Shown here: positions 23,670 to 36,249 of the stretch, one piece after another | Position numbering within the stretch: position 1 is the stretch's first letter | Layout: the number at the start of each line of letters is the position of its first letter | Source of the DNA: Octopus sinensis | Taxonomy: Eukaryota | Reading direction: 5' to 3' | Assembly: GCF_006345805.1 (NCBI RefSeq) | Contig: NC_043000.1 | Span: 66,836,001 to 66,900,000, forward strand | DNA: 64,000 nucleotides | Notes under the pieces: model-generated | Told to the model about the DNA's origin: nothing | Database searches by the model: none | What the model saw: the letters and a program-made list of their open reading frames with translations, nothing else | Translations under genes and position numbers: made by a program

Positions 23670-26600
23670 TTTGTGACAAGCATCAGCCAATTTTAGCTAT
23701 GTTCGAAAAATGTTCCGCTCAAAAACCATTCCCTAAAAGCATTCTACCGTTACGCGTAAAACTGAGAAATTTACATTGATACCAATTAACCAGGGACTAA
23801 AACTAATTAGGGCAAAAATTTAGAAACTGTCATTAGAACCGAATTTCTCGGAGGAACCTAGCATACTGCTAGAGATGAATGATTCCAAAACAAAAAATAC
23901 TATGGGATAGAGATCTTAATTCAGGTGAAACCTGAAACGTTGGACAGGATCAATAACCTAACAGAAATCTCGGGAGATCTGAAACTGCAGGTGGTAGTGG
24001 AGAGCAAATGGCTTAGATGCTGTAAATATGGAAACACTGTTCTTCTCAAGGCCTTCTTCCCACAGCAATAGCGGAAAGTGACAGTTGACAGAAGGCCTCC
24101 AACACTCCAGCAGTAGAAAAAACAACAGCAACACTAGTAACAATGCAAAATTGCAGAAGCTGTGGTTGCTGCACTAGCTACAAAGATGGAAGCAACACTT
24201 ATAACAGCAGCAACGACACCAACGGCTGAAATAACATTAACAAAAACAACAACAAAAAATATCCCTATCATAGACCACAATATTATCGGCAACAAAAACA
24301 GAAAACTCCAAAACGACAACAGAAAGATTAACATCAGAATAGATCACAAACCCCACAAAACATGCCCTCCATTCAAGCATACTGAGTGGTGAATGTCATG
24401 GCGAGGAGTTTAAATGGCAGAAAATGACTAATAGAAAGAAAATGAAAGAGAACTCATACCAGCAAAAAAATTTAAACAAACGGGAAACATACTTTCAAGC
24501 AACTTATATTAACAACAAAACCAGTATTATCACCGCCATCATTAACATCGTCATCCCCACAATCGCAACAGATACCATCATAAGCACAACCCATTCTACA
24601 CTCAAGCCAACAATTAGAACAACACCCTCAAAGAACACCATAAACGATACGGTCATAGACACAAGCAACAAGGGACTAATAGGCTACACATATCAACACA
24701 CAAGCATTTACATATCACGACCACGACTTCACACCAACAAATAGCATACCAACACACTCACAAAATCCAGAAACATCACAAAAAAAACTTACAACAAACC
24801 AAAAGCAAAATCCTCCGACAGAATGGGTAATCTCCAGGGATTGTAAACAAGAATATCTAACACCCACAATTAGTCAAAAAGACAGAATACTAGCCTCTCC
24901 ACAAGAATAAAATAAGTGAGCCTGTCTCGCTTTCCGCCTTCTATCTAACATGGTCTTACTTAGAATAGGCAGCGTGAAAGCATGTAATCTTGGGTTGCCT
25001 TGGAAACATAGTCAATTGCTCAACGACCACACGTGACTAAATATATATGTGATTACTATCAACGAAACGAGAATTTTCGAGCGATGCCCTTCACGATCAT
25101 TTTCGGAAGTTACGAGCTGTAGGCATCTCTAAGTTGGCTGAGATTAAGAGGCAGAGTTGTATCATTTCGGAAACGTCTGGCCCTTCGATAGAGAGCGTCC
25201 TGGACCCAGAAGGTAAGTTGGTAGTAATGAACGTAACTAACAGTGAAGACCATTTCTTCAAACTAGTGACCGTCTACGCCCCAACAGGAGCGAGGTGGTT
25301 TGATCTCTTTTGTTGTTTAGTGGCCTTTCTAGGAACATCCTGCCCTTTAAGGTTAGTGGGCGATCGGAACATCATCTTCGATGTGAGCAGATTGAAGAGA
25401 TAGTAAGTACAAAAACCTTAGAAATCAACTGTCTGACAGGTAACGGCTGACTTTCACGAAAATTCAATGTGGACATAGATAAACCGCATCGGGTCATGCA
25501 AGTCGTATCTAGATAGAATATTCTGTTGGTCAGTATATAAGGATAGCAGAGGTTGTCTACAATTTAATATCGTCGACTAATCAAATCACAAATTTGTGGT
25601 CTATACGGTGGACCTAGATATGTTTAGTATACTAGGACCTTGGAAGCTGAACGCGTCGCTCTCGGCGCATCAAATTTACAAGAATGTATCAATTAATCGA
25701 AGGATAAACTGTCAACGATAAATGCTGGTTCTCCTTAAAAAAAGCGATTAGAATAGAACCAACAAGGTTAAGTAAGAAAGAAGCAATGTAGAAAACTAGT
25801 TTAAAAGGAGACCTAGCCAGAAACATAAAAGGGGCATTTAAGAAAAGCATCTCAACTGATGTGCTTGCAGTGAGATTGGCACTTGACCCATGCTTGAAGG
25901 CAAAGCACACGAAGGTTGCGTTGTAAGAGCTAAGGCGCGTGCTTTAAGACTGGAAAAAAAAAAACGAAAGCTGTTCAATAGGCCTGAGCGACAGAGGCAC
26001 AACGTGACAAATTCACAATTTGGTCTTTGATGGACATGATAAGCACGAGTTACATAATCAAATATGCGCGACTTTTCAGTGACACTTTGTTCGACTGTCT
26101 GGGACAAATGGTGGGTCGCATTGCAGGATTGACTCAAGTGCTTACCACGACGGCCTATTGCGGCTCTCGGCAACGAAGATGGAGGTGATGTGAAGAGCCG
26201 ATAACAACCGTAAAAATACGGAAAGCAATGGTTAACTTTATGTGCAGTTAATCACAAAATTTGGATGGTCTACTCTATAACCTTTATTTTAATATGCCAG
26301 ACTTATTTGGTGACCTTTTGGCAAATATCTACAACTACTGACAGTACAACAGAAGAATCCCCAGTTCTGTAAGTTAAGAAGCGGTTGTGCTGCCGAAAAA
26401 AGATCTGAACAAAAGGGACTACATTGATAATTAACGGCTGAATGCCTATTTCAAAATTTTGTCTATGGTATTAATTTCTCTTCATCATTGTCGTTGACTA
26501 TGTGCTACGTATGTCAGTTGATACCATTCTGGTAAGGGCTTTGAAATAAAACCTAGAAGTTCCAGACACCTAGCTGAACACTTAACAGACACTGAATTTG

Positions 26601-29150
26601 CTGACGACATCGCTCTTATCAGTGATTCTCTCTCCAATGCCCAGTCTCTTTTACAATCTCTTGAACAAGCCTCAAATTGTGTAGGTCTTTACCTCAATGA
26701 GTCCAAGACTGAATATGTAAACAAGTGCCTGTCTAACAGTGATTTCATCATCCATACTCTCAACAATACGCTCTTAAATATGGTTTCTGATTACAAATAT
26801 CTTGGGTCATACATATCATCATCTGAAAAAGATTTTCTAACTAGAAAGGGTATGGCCTGGTCAGCCTGTAATGATATGCATAAGATCTGGTCATCAAATC
26901 TAAGTAGAGATTTCAAACTTAAAATCTTCAAAGCCACAGTCGAACCAATTCTACTATATGGCTCAGAAACCTGGACATTATCAAAGAAGCTTGAGAGGCG
27001 GTGGGATGGAACTTACACTCGCCTCCTTATGAGAGCTCAAAGTCTCTCGTGGAAGCGTCATACAATCAAAGTACAAATATATGGAAAATTACCACCCGTA
27101 TCATCTCTTGTGAAAGGTAGAAGAGTCCAATTTGCTGGACATTGTTGTAGAGCTGAAAACGAGGTAATTTCTACTCTTCTCCTCTGGAAACCATCTGCTC
27201 GCGATACCAGAGGGCGCACACTCTCCTACCCTGATGTAATCTCCAGGGATACAGCTATCCAGCAACAGGACCTCCGTAATGCTATGATGGACTGTGAAGT
27301 CTGACGTAACATAGTAAATTCCATTGTCTCGACCACGAGATAGATAGATAGATGGTATTAAAGAAGAGGTTGAAGTTTGTCGTCGGTGGTCTGACTGGTG
27401 GAGTACAAACACGCACCATCCCAAAGAGACAAACTCCACGTCATGTGATACACCATAGGGAGGTGGTAATCAAGGATCCTACCCTGGTATGGGTGGGATC
27501 TTGATCAACTTAGATCAATCGAAAGACTTCGATCGGGGTGACCACCAGTGCTTGGTGACTGTTCTCACAGCAACCGCTTTCGGTCACGTTTTCAGGGGCT
27601 GGATTGCTGCAGTACAAAACACATCTGCTCGATGGTTAGAATATCTAGCCACCTATCGGAACCTTTCAGTATCATGAGTTTGGTCCGTCAAGATCGTCCC
27701 TTCTTGTTCCATCGGACTCTAAAGCCACTACTACAGAAACTAGAGAGTCTGGAGGTCATCCTGTACGAACTAGGATGCGAAAGAAATGTACCTTCATTTA
27801 GTGATGATACCATCGTCATAATGTTGGACATCAAGAACATTGAGGTGGTCGCTACCGCTCTTAGGGACTTCGAGACGGTGGCAGAAGACAAAATTAATCA
27901 GGAAGAGACTATGGACCTGCATTTGGGCACCTGAATAGGCAGGTGCCCAAATGCCGTCCAATAGTGTCGTGGGGCACTAGGCAGACAGGTTAAATTGCTC
28001 TGAGTTTGTCTAGGTTCAAATCTCCAGGTGGAGAGGAACTGGGCGAAGTGACGAGCATGGTGGCCAGTCTCTTTCAAAAATAGGTCGAAAAAAAAGCTAT
28101 CCCTGGAAGGTCGGACAGAGGTGGTGAAAGCCTACAACATCTCCGTCAAATATTACTGCTCGATCTTCGTGTCATGCTCTTGACCACGTTTGACCTAACT
28201 GCAGCAAATGCACTTCGTTTTGTGAAAGGGATGCTTCCATTGATCAGACGCTCTATTTATTATCAATACTCGCTGGGTGGAGGATAGAGAATGTTGTGGT
28301 TAATGATGCACAGGCATGCGCTGAGACTGCGACATCTCCAGCCATTTCTTGATGACGAACATGTATAGTCGTTGTTTGTCTGACACGTGTTTCTGCAGCT
28401 CATCTTTTTGAGAGAGTTGCAGCTCTGTTCAAGCAATGGTAGACATAGGGTGCATGGCGCCTGTTGTTCCGACACTCTGTCTATTGCGTATCGCAATCGC
28501 TAGCAGTTGTACGTTTGCGTTCTATTACGGATTAGTGGCAGGCAAAAGAGCTGATGCTTTCGGGAAAATTATGGATATCGATGAAAATCAGCTGTTCCAG
28601 AGGACTTTCGGGCCGGAACTCATGGAAATTTTTCACTGTTTCGAGATGATACCATCAATCGAGCCAGTCAAAGTTACATGCCGAGCGACGAATCTATTTT
28701 GTAGGCGTTTGTCCAGTATTCAAGCATTACTAACTTGTGGAGTTATGTTGAACACCTGCTATCACGTGTAAGATGGACCAGGCTATCATCTGAATCCAGC
28801 GAGAGGATAATTCCGCTGCCTTCCTATGGCTGGTAGTGTTTATTTGTCTGGTGACTTTGGCAAAAGAAGTTGCATAGTGGAAAAAATTGGAAGGACTGAA
28901 AGCAAACAACGTTTTCTTTGGCCATGCCCTCTTCAACATTTTCCAGCTTCGTTTGGAAAAGAAAGTGGGGGTGGAGAGGGAAATACTGCCTCGCAGCACC
29001 TATGTTGAAAGGTATATGAGAGTGACTAGCATGGTCCATGTGAATGAGCTTTCTCTGAGCATGCTCCAGTAGGCTGGAACAGGACAACCGGGAAGGAATC
29101 CTACCGGCCAGGGTGACTGTGATTACATGGAATTTCCGCGACTGTCTCCC
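23670..29150 (+). mobile_element. Decayed near-full-length Tx1/L1-clade LINE (ORF1, APE endonuclease, RT), interrupted by an RTE
   Basis: ORF1 remnant DLKLQVVVE...RCCKYGNT..LKAF (~23975-24065). Endonuclease EGKLVVMNV...FKLVTVYAP...LVGDRNIIFD (25134-25403). RT GGILINLDQSKDFDRGDH, SVRQ-like and FSDD motifs (27489-27934). Confidence 0.8.
26475..27351 (+). mobile_element. 5'-truncated, relatively young RTE-clade LINE
   Basis: TEFADDIALIS, YKYLGSYI and KIFKATVEPILLYGSETWTL. (TAGA)n tail. 10-bp TSD ATGGTATTAA at 26465-26474 and 27352-27361. Confidence 0.92.
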
Positions 29151-29310
29151 TTCTTTTGGGGAATTATTCTTTGTTTGAATTTTTGTTTTTCTTATTTCTT
29201 ATTTTTTACGGTACCATCCTCGATCTTTTTCTCAACCCTTGTTGGTTAATAAAAAAAATATTGTTTTGCAGTTTCTGTTGTGCTCTTTTCAATTTGCAGC
29301 TGATTTATTA

Positions 29311-29815
29311 CCGTAAATCCTCGAGTATAATCCGCATTCCCCCCCCCCCAAAAAATTTAAAGGTCAAAATTCTTAGTGCGTACTATATACGAGGTTAAAA
29401 ATGAAAATTATTTTCTAAAGCAATGTCCGAGTCTCTATTTGCTGTCCGGCAATGTTTATTCAGACGTATTTTCTGATGTCGGGCGCGAAAATACCTTAAG
29501 CTAAGCCTGAAAGCAGTGAAGTCATAAAAAAATCAGTAAGCAACATTTATTAAACGTTATTACTGTTATTTCTTTATTTTCTGCTAACAAAATGCACAAA
29601 AAAGCTACACGTTTGCATTATGTTATATATACAATAATAATAAAGGACGTTACCGTATACATTTTTACAAACCAAGGACGTTATATAGACCTCCTTGACT
29701 CAAGTTAGAGAAGGGGTGCGTATTATACACAAGGTTTGGGTTTTTCAGAGGTACAGCCCCTTAAAAATCCCCTGCGTATAATACTCAAGGGCGGACTATA
29801 CGCGAGGATTTACGG
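29311..29815. mobile_element. pogo/Tigger-like MITE
   Basis: TA|CCGTAAATCCTCG.GTATA.TCCGC ... GCGGACTATACGCGAGGATTTACGG|TA. Confidence 0.9.
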
Positions 29816-30098
29816 TATATTATCATTTCCAGTAAATCGGCTTTCCTGACATCTGAAACTCTATTACCCATTCACAAAAATATTTAACTCGGTCAAAAAC
29901 AACTATTGCGACATAAGTCAGAGTTAAATTAAACTTGTCTACTTCACCACAGAAGAAGTAAAATTAAAGTAAAACAAAGGAAAAAAAAAAAAAACGAAAC
30001 ATAAGCGACGAAATGGTGTTCCTTTAGAGGTAAATTAAAAAACAAAATCGACTAAAATCAACAGTGCCAAATGAGTGCCGTGTAAACCGATGGATAAC

Positions 30099-30099
<1 letters not shown>

Positions 30100-30148
<49 letters not shown>

Positions 30149-30300
30149 CGTGTGTGTGTGTGCGTGTGTGTGTGCGTGCGTGCGTCCACGCGCGTGTGTA
30201 TGTATGTGTGTGTGTGTGTGTGTGTGAGTAAGTATGTATGTGGTGAAGGCACATAGCTCAGTAGTTAGGGCGCCGGCCTTAAAATCGTGAGATTGTAAGT

Positions 30301-30335
<35 letters not shown>

Positions 30336-30402
30336 CTTTCTTTCTTTCTTTTTCTCTCTTTCTTTCTTTTTCTCTCTTTCTTTTTCTCTCTTTCTTTCTT
30401 TT

Positions 30403-30473
<71 letters not shown>

Positions 30474-30485
30474 TTTCTTCTTTTT
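30100..30485. repeat. (TG)n microsatellite, SINE head (30243-30297) and (TTTC)n microsatellite
   Basis: Directly visible. The head reads GGCACATAGCTCAGTAGTTAGGGCG. Confidence 0.9.
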
Positions 30486-30524
30486 GGTAGAGCATTTTAC
30501 ATCATATCTTCATTGAGAGATGTT

Positions 30525-30945
30525 AGGTTTAGGGTTCGGTTTAGTGTTATGCTTTATCATTTAGAATTATAGCTTAGGGTTAAAGTTAGGGTTAAAGTTA
30601 AGGTTAGAGTTTAGGGTATGAGACTAGGATTAGAGTTAGGGTTGGTGTGTAGGGTTTAGGGCTATTGTTAAGGTTTAGTTTTTAGGTTTAGGGTTAAGGT
30701 AAGCATTTAGGATTAGGGTTGGGGTTTAAGATTACGATTAGGGTTAGGATTTAATATTACGATTAGGGTTTAGAGTTTAGAGTTTAGAGTTAGGGCTATG
30801 TTTAGGGTCTAGGTTTAGGGTCTAGGGTTAGTGTTTGGGGTTAGGTTTAGTGTTAGGGTTTAGGGTTAGGGTTTATGGTTAAGGTTAATGTTAGCGTTTG
30901 GAGTTAAAGTTTGAGGTAGGGTTTAGGGTTAGGGTTAAGGTTATG
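30525..30945 (+). repeat. Degenerate interstitial telomere-like (TTAGGG/TTTAGGG) array
   Basis: About 420 bp of TTAGGG variants (TTAGAG, TTAAGG, CTAGGG, TTTAGGG) with strict G-strand bias. Confidence 0.85.
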
Positions 30946-31547
30946 TAAATGACCTGGTAAAGTGATTTGAATTCACTAATATGCAATCCATAGATATGAT
31001 AATTTTGATCAGGTACAGCAATCCCCTCTTCAAGTTATAAAGTGTTTGTGATATAGTCAATTGAGCCTTGATCTTTGTTAGATTAAGTTGCCATATTTAT
31101 TTCTAGTTTAAGTAACTACCCCAAGCAGCTTCTGATTTGATCGGCTTTTATCCTTTTTGGACTGACTACTATGGTTTCTGTTATTCGACCGAAAGGAAAA
31201 TTTATCCTGCTCATATCTCCGTGTGTTTCAAAACCTCAAAAGCCTCTTTAAAGGATATATGTCGGTTTTTGTAAAAAGAAAAAAAAAATCTTGAAAAAGG
31301 AATTAGAATCTGCGTGTTCACAATAGTCGTTATCTCATTAATTGTTTGGAACCGTGGTTCTCTACCGAGACCCATACGACCCCTAAGGGTCCATAAAAGA
31401 TTTTGTAAAGTCTGCGTAAATAAAATAGTAAATTAGGGATCCACAGTAGTTTATTAAGGATCCATGAAAAATTTTTGCTTTCGATGTATTTATTACAAGA
31501 AAAGGTAGGTTTCTTTTGCAAATGTTTTACGAAGTTCAGCCTACACA

Positions 31548-31579
<32 letters not shown>

Positions 31580-31627
31580 ATATATAATGTGTGTGTATGT
31601 GTGTGTGCATATATATATATATATAGG

Positions 31628-31681
<54 letters not shown>

Positions 31682-31834
31682 TATAAACGCTGTAAACAAA
31701 ATAAGGGACGTGGCATTCTATTAAATATTAAAAAACGTATAACAGAGGCACAGACAAACGGCAAACACCGACTCTCTGTGTCTATTTTCCGTTTGTCTGT
31801 GCATTTATTAAATGTTTTTTTAACTTATACATAT

Positions 31835-32180
31835 ACTCTATTTTACTCTTTTACTTGTTTCAGTCATGTGACTTCGGTCATGCTGGAGCACCGCCTTTAG
31901 TCGAAAGAAATCGACCCCAGGACCTATTCTTCGCAAGCCTACTTATTGTATCGGTCTCTTTTGCCGAATCGCTAAGTTACGGGGACGTAAATACACCAAC
32001 ATTTGTAGGAGGTACGCGCGCGCGCGACATGCTTATTTCAGCTTCCGTCTACCAAATCCATTCACAAGGCTTTGGTCGACCCGAGGATATTGTAGACGAC
32101 ACTTGCCAAGGTGTCACGCAATGGAACTGAACCCGGAACCTTGTGGTTGGGAAGTAAGCTTCCCACCACACAGCCACACC
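31835..32180 (-). mobile_element. tRNA-derived SINE
   Basis: Closely homologous to 19968-20338. Flanked by (TA), (CA) and (TATG) microsatellites. Confidence 0.9.
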
Positions 32181-32929
32181 TGCGCTGAATGTTTCTGTGT
32201 GTATGTATGTATGTATGTATGTATGTATGTATGTATGTATGTATGTATGTATGTATGTGTGTGTGTGTGTGTGAGCGCGCGCGTTTCTATCGTGAATACC
32301 AACACAAACACCAACAGTAACAACAGCATATAGTATGAAACTGTAAATGCAGATGAGATAATGGAAGTTCCATGTACACCACTTAACTTGACTACAAAAA
32401 CTATCATTACTTAAAAGTTGGCACTTATAGGGGCAAGTCTGCAGTGGTTTTGTTGATAATGATCCTAAATGTGAACGTAACATAAAAATTACAAGAGGAG
32501 TTTACAATGAGCTCAGTTCGTATACTTATCAGTACAAAGAGATAATGCGTCATAATCAGCAAACAACTTTGGATAAGTTCTTCACCCCGCAAGCTGATTT
32601 TCCTGATAATGAGTTATAAGATAGTAAATATTGTCCTTAACGATATTCTTATTAACTCAACAACGTATTCCTCTTGAAATGTTTTCGTGTTTTTATATAT
32701 CTATATTGTACCGTGTATGCTAATAAATTGATATTTTTTTTATGTATAGAGGTAATCGTGTTGTTCTGTTTTTTATCTTTTTTCTGTTCTCTTTTTCGAA
32801 AAAGTCCGTAGAAACGTAATCTCACTTGATAATATGAAATCAATAGGAAAATTAATTTTGCATGACATAATTTCGTGTTACGGCAAGATTTTTCAGGAAC
32901 GCATTACACCCATAAAGCTAGGGATTCCT

Positions 32930-34665
32930 GTATATATTTCTAACACTAAGGCTGCAAGCTGGCCATCAACGGCAAGACTCCGCTCTCTACTTCTTCTTCC
33001 CAAGGGATCAATATGTACTCCTTAATCCACGGCTCCACCTCCCCCTCGAACTCACTTCTGGCATCTCCTTTCAGAGTATGCTGATGGCAGCCCACTTTAT
33101 TTTTTAACGTCGGGGGCTCTCCCTTCCAGTATCACTCCACTGTCCACCTCTGGCCATCGAAGACAGTACGAAAGACCCGGTCTTCAATGATGTGTGCAGC
33201 ATACTTTTCTTCGCGGTTCTCACCAATGCACGGTCTCGCCATACACGGTTTCCCTGCAAACCCGAACGTTACACCGGCCTTGTTGACAGTGACACCTCCT
33301 AAACGGGTGATTGTATCCATCCCCATCATCACGTCAATCTCGTCCACCAAGTGGCCAACTACAATTGCTCGCAGCGTCAGCTTTGTTCCCTACACCACAA
33401 TCTGCGCATCTGTAATGCCTTCACAGTGTACTTCTCTCCCGTCGACTGCTCTTACACTGCTTTCTCCACTCCACGTCTCTACCACTTCTGGAGTCATCAG
33501 GGTCGTCGTACAGCCCGTATCCACAAGGGCTCGTGACATCTTCCCCTCCACCAGAATGTCGACTACAGGTAATGACGATAAACGCGCCTCTATTGATCCG
33601 AAGGGATAACTACCGGAGCAGTAGTCTCCCTCAGACAGTTTCCCCGCGGACATTCGCTGGCTATATGTCCTGTTTCTCGACACCGGTACCAAATGGTATC
33701 AGGCTTGGGTGGCTCGCAGTCTCGTACCATGTGCGGGCCCTGACACCGAAAACACTCTCCTTTGAATGGTCGCACACGTTCCTTGTTTGACCTCCTTTCC
33801 GCTACTCCTTGCTCGGCGACTTTTCATTGTTGCAGTCGCTGCTACTGGCGTCGTCCTGCAACACGAAACTAACACGCGAGCCCGAGATATAATGTCTGCC
33901 ATCGCCATAGAGTTAATGTTCGGCAGCTTTTGCAACTCGACCGACATGTGTCAGGAAAGCCAGTCACAAACGCTAACTTAACTGTTCGGTCCAGTGATTC
34001 TCCCTCATGTCCCGCCAGTTTAGCCGATCTTCTGAGTTCGTTCGCAAATACGTCGACCTGTTCGCCGGTCCACTTTGCTTTCCCCAGGCAAGCGTACGCT
34101 TCGAACATTCCTTCTGCAAAGGCCTCCATCAAACGGATTTCCATTTTTCCGCGCTAAGTTGGTCCTCTCTTCCATTTCTAGGTATAGTGCCAACGCCGAA
34201 CCATCTAGGTACAGCGGTATAAAACTCGCTAAGTCGTTTATACCGTGGAGCTTCGCCACCAACTTCATCTTTTTCAACCAAACGACTACATCTGTGTCAC
34301 CGCAAAATGTTTTGATCATATCGTTCGAAATACAGACTACACTCATCATTCGTTTTTTTTTGTTTTTTTTGTTATAGGCCGAAATAGCTTGTAGTGTGAT
34401 GGAGGAAAAAGACAACAGAAAAAGAAGCAAAAGGGAGAAAGAAATACAGAGACCATAACTGTTGACCTATTCACTGCCACGAATAAACACGTCCTTGTAC
34501 GCTGCCGTCTCTCATCGAACTGCCCGCACGTGCTTTTTGACCACACATGCCTCTGTGGCTCTTCCGCCGGCCCCTGCAGTCTTCACTTCCGTTTACCTCA
34601 TCTGCAATCCTCTCCACCAAAACCACATAGCTCATCACAGCCCATAACACCATAAACATCACACA
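32930..34665 (-). mobile_element. Truncated Ty3/gypsy-like LTR retrotransposon (LTR-like segment, gag, two zinc knuckles, protease, start of RT)
   Basis: gag DVVVWLKKMKLVAKL..I.DLASFIPLYLDG. Knuckles CFRCQGPHMVRDC and YRCRETGHIASEC. Aspartic protease ALVDTGCTTTL. Pre-RT WEEEVESGVLPLMA. Frameshifted. Confidence 0.88.
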
Positions 34666-35147
34666 GAAAAAGGGCACCAAAAATGAAATTGTTAAATGAC
34701 CATCCCATAAGTTGTTTACCGAAGCAAGGTGCTTGTTTACAACAACTGGGATTTAATGAGTTAAAGATCTGCTAGATTTAATGTATTTGAGCGGTCAGCT
34801 AGCAACTGATAAAAAATGGTTAAAATGTTTTTCAGACTTGAATGAGTTATTTTACTGACGTCAATCATTGATGATACTCTGATTATTGTTATTCAGTTAT
34901 TTGTAAACGTGAATAGGATGATTCTGTTTCGATTTTTAAGTGGTGATGGTGATTATAGTCATGATGTCAGTGGTTTGTCTACATTTTAACGATCACTTTT
35001 ATTACAAACTTGAGTTGGTTTTGTATGTCGTTTGTGTGACTATGATCACAAGAGTTTGAATAAGACTTATCTCAGTGTCAATTATTTGACTACAAGGTTG
35101 TTTAACTTTGAAGTGTTTTAAGTTTGGGTTTATTTCATTATTTGATA

Positions 35148-35660
35148 CTAGCAGTATCGCCCGGCGTTGCTCGGGTTTGTAAGGGAAATAACTATATAAG
35201 CATTTTTAGAGAGTTACTTCCCTTATAGATACCAATTCGGGCTTTCTTAGCCATTTCTGTTTTGGTGTCTTCAAGCCATGAAGTCGTTGTTCTAAAAGAA
35301 CGCTGGTCTCCTTGACAACGCTTTACGATGTTGATTTCCTTACACTCCCTTCCCCACAGCTTCACGAGGGAGGGAAGAAGGGGGAGAAGCAAACAGGTGC
35401 AGGTGTGACCATGGACGCCAACTCCGCTGCCATCGACACACGAAAAATTATGCACTAAAATGGAATAAAAAATTATATTAAATTATTTTTAAAATCGTAG
35501 ACTCATCGTAGACGCGCGCTAATACTCAGACGGGCTCGATATGAATCACGACTATAAGATACCCGAATTTGGTTAAACTGCACCGCAAAATGTGGGAGTA
35601 GTTAGGAATCTAAATCGAAGGGGACAGACACTCACACAACTACAGTTTTATATATATAGA
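35148..35660 (-). mobile_element. Complete non-autonomous Helitron
   Basis: Minus strand A|TCTATATATATAAAACTG ... CCCGAGCAACGCCGGGCGATACTGCTAG|T. Confidence 0.88.
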
Positions 35661-36182
35661 TATAAAGATTTGTGCAACAACTAAAACATTCGGTTGTGCA
35701 AATTGTTTGCACAGGAAACCTGCCCTGTGTGGCAGCTTTTGCCGTTTTTGTGGATCTGTTTCAGCATTTTTAGCGATTTCTGTTTTGACGACTTCAAGCC
35801 ATGAAGTCGTTGTTCTAAAAGAACGCTGGTCTCCTTGACAACGCTTTACGACGTTGATTTCCTTACACTCCCTTCCCCACAGCTTCACGAGGGAGGGAAG
35901 AAGGGGGAGAAGCAAAACAGGTGCAGGTGTGAGCATGGACGCCAACTCCGCCGCCATCGACACACGAAAAAATATGCGTTAAAATGGAAAAAAATGATGT
36001 TAAATTATTTTTAAAATCGTAGACTCATCGTAGACGCGCGCTAATACCCAGACGGGCTCGATATGAATCACGACCATAAGATACCCGAATTTGGTTAAAC
36101 TGCACCGCAAAATGTGGGAGTAGTTAGGAATCTAAATCGAAGGGGACAGACACTCACACAACTACAGTTTTATATATATAGA
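35661..36182 (-). mobile_element. Second copy of the same Helitron lacking the CTAG 3' end
   Basis: 35793-36182 is nearly identical to 35270-35660 and has the same 5' TC end at 36182. Confidence 0.85.
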
Positions 36183-36249
36183 TGTCCCGCGTTATGACTA
36201 CGTATTTCGTCGTCTGCGTGACTGATCCGTACGGTATTCCTTGCCGACT

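Noticed and set aside
30024-32483. ORFs rich in HT, YI, VC or KER repeats (also 659-920, 21411-21638, 55530-55791, 46714-47025)
   Set aside because: These are translations of microsatellites, not genes.
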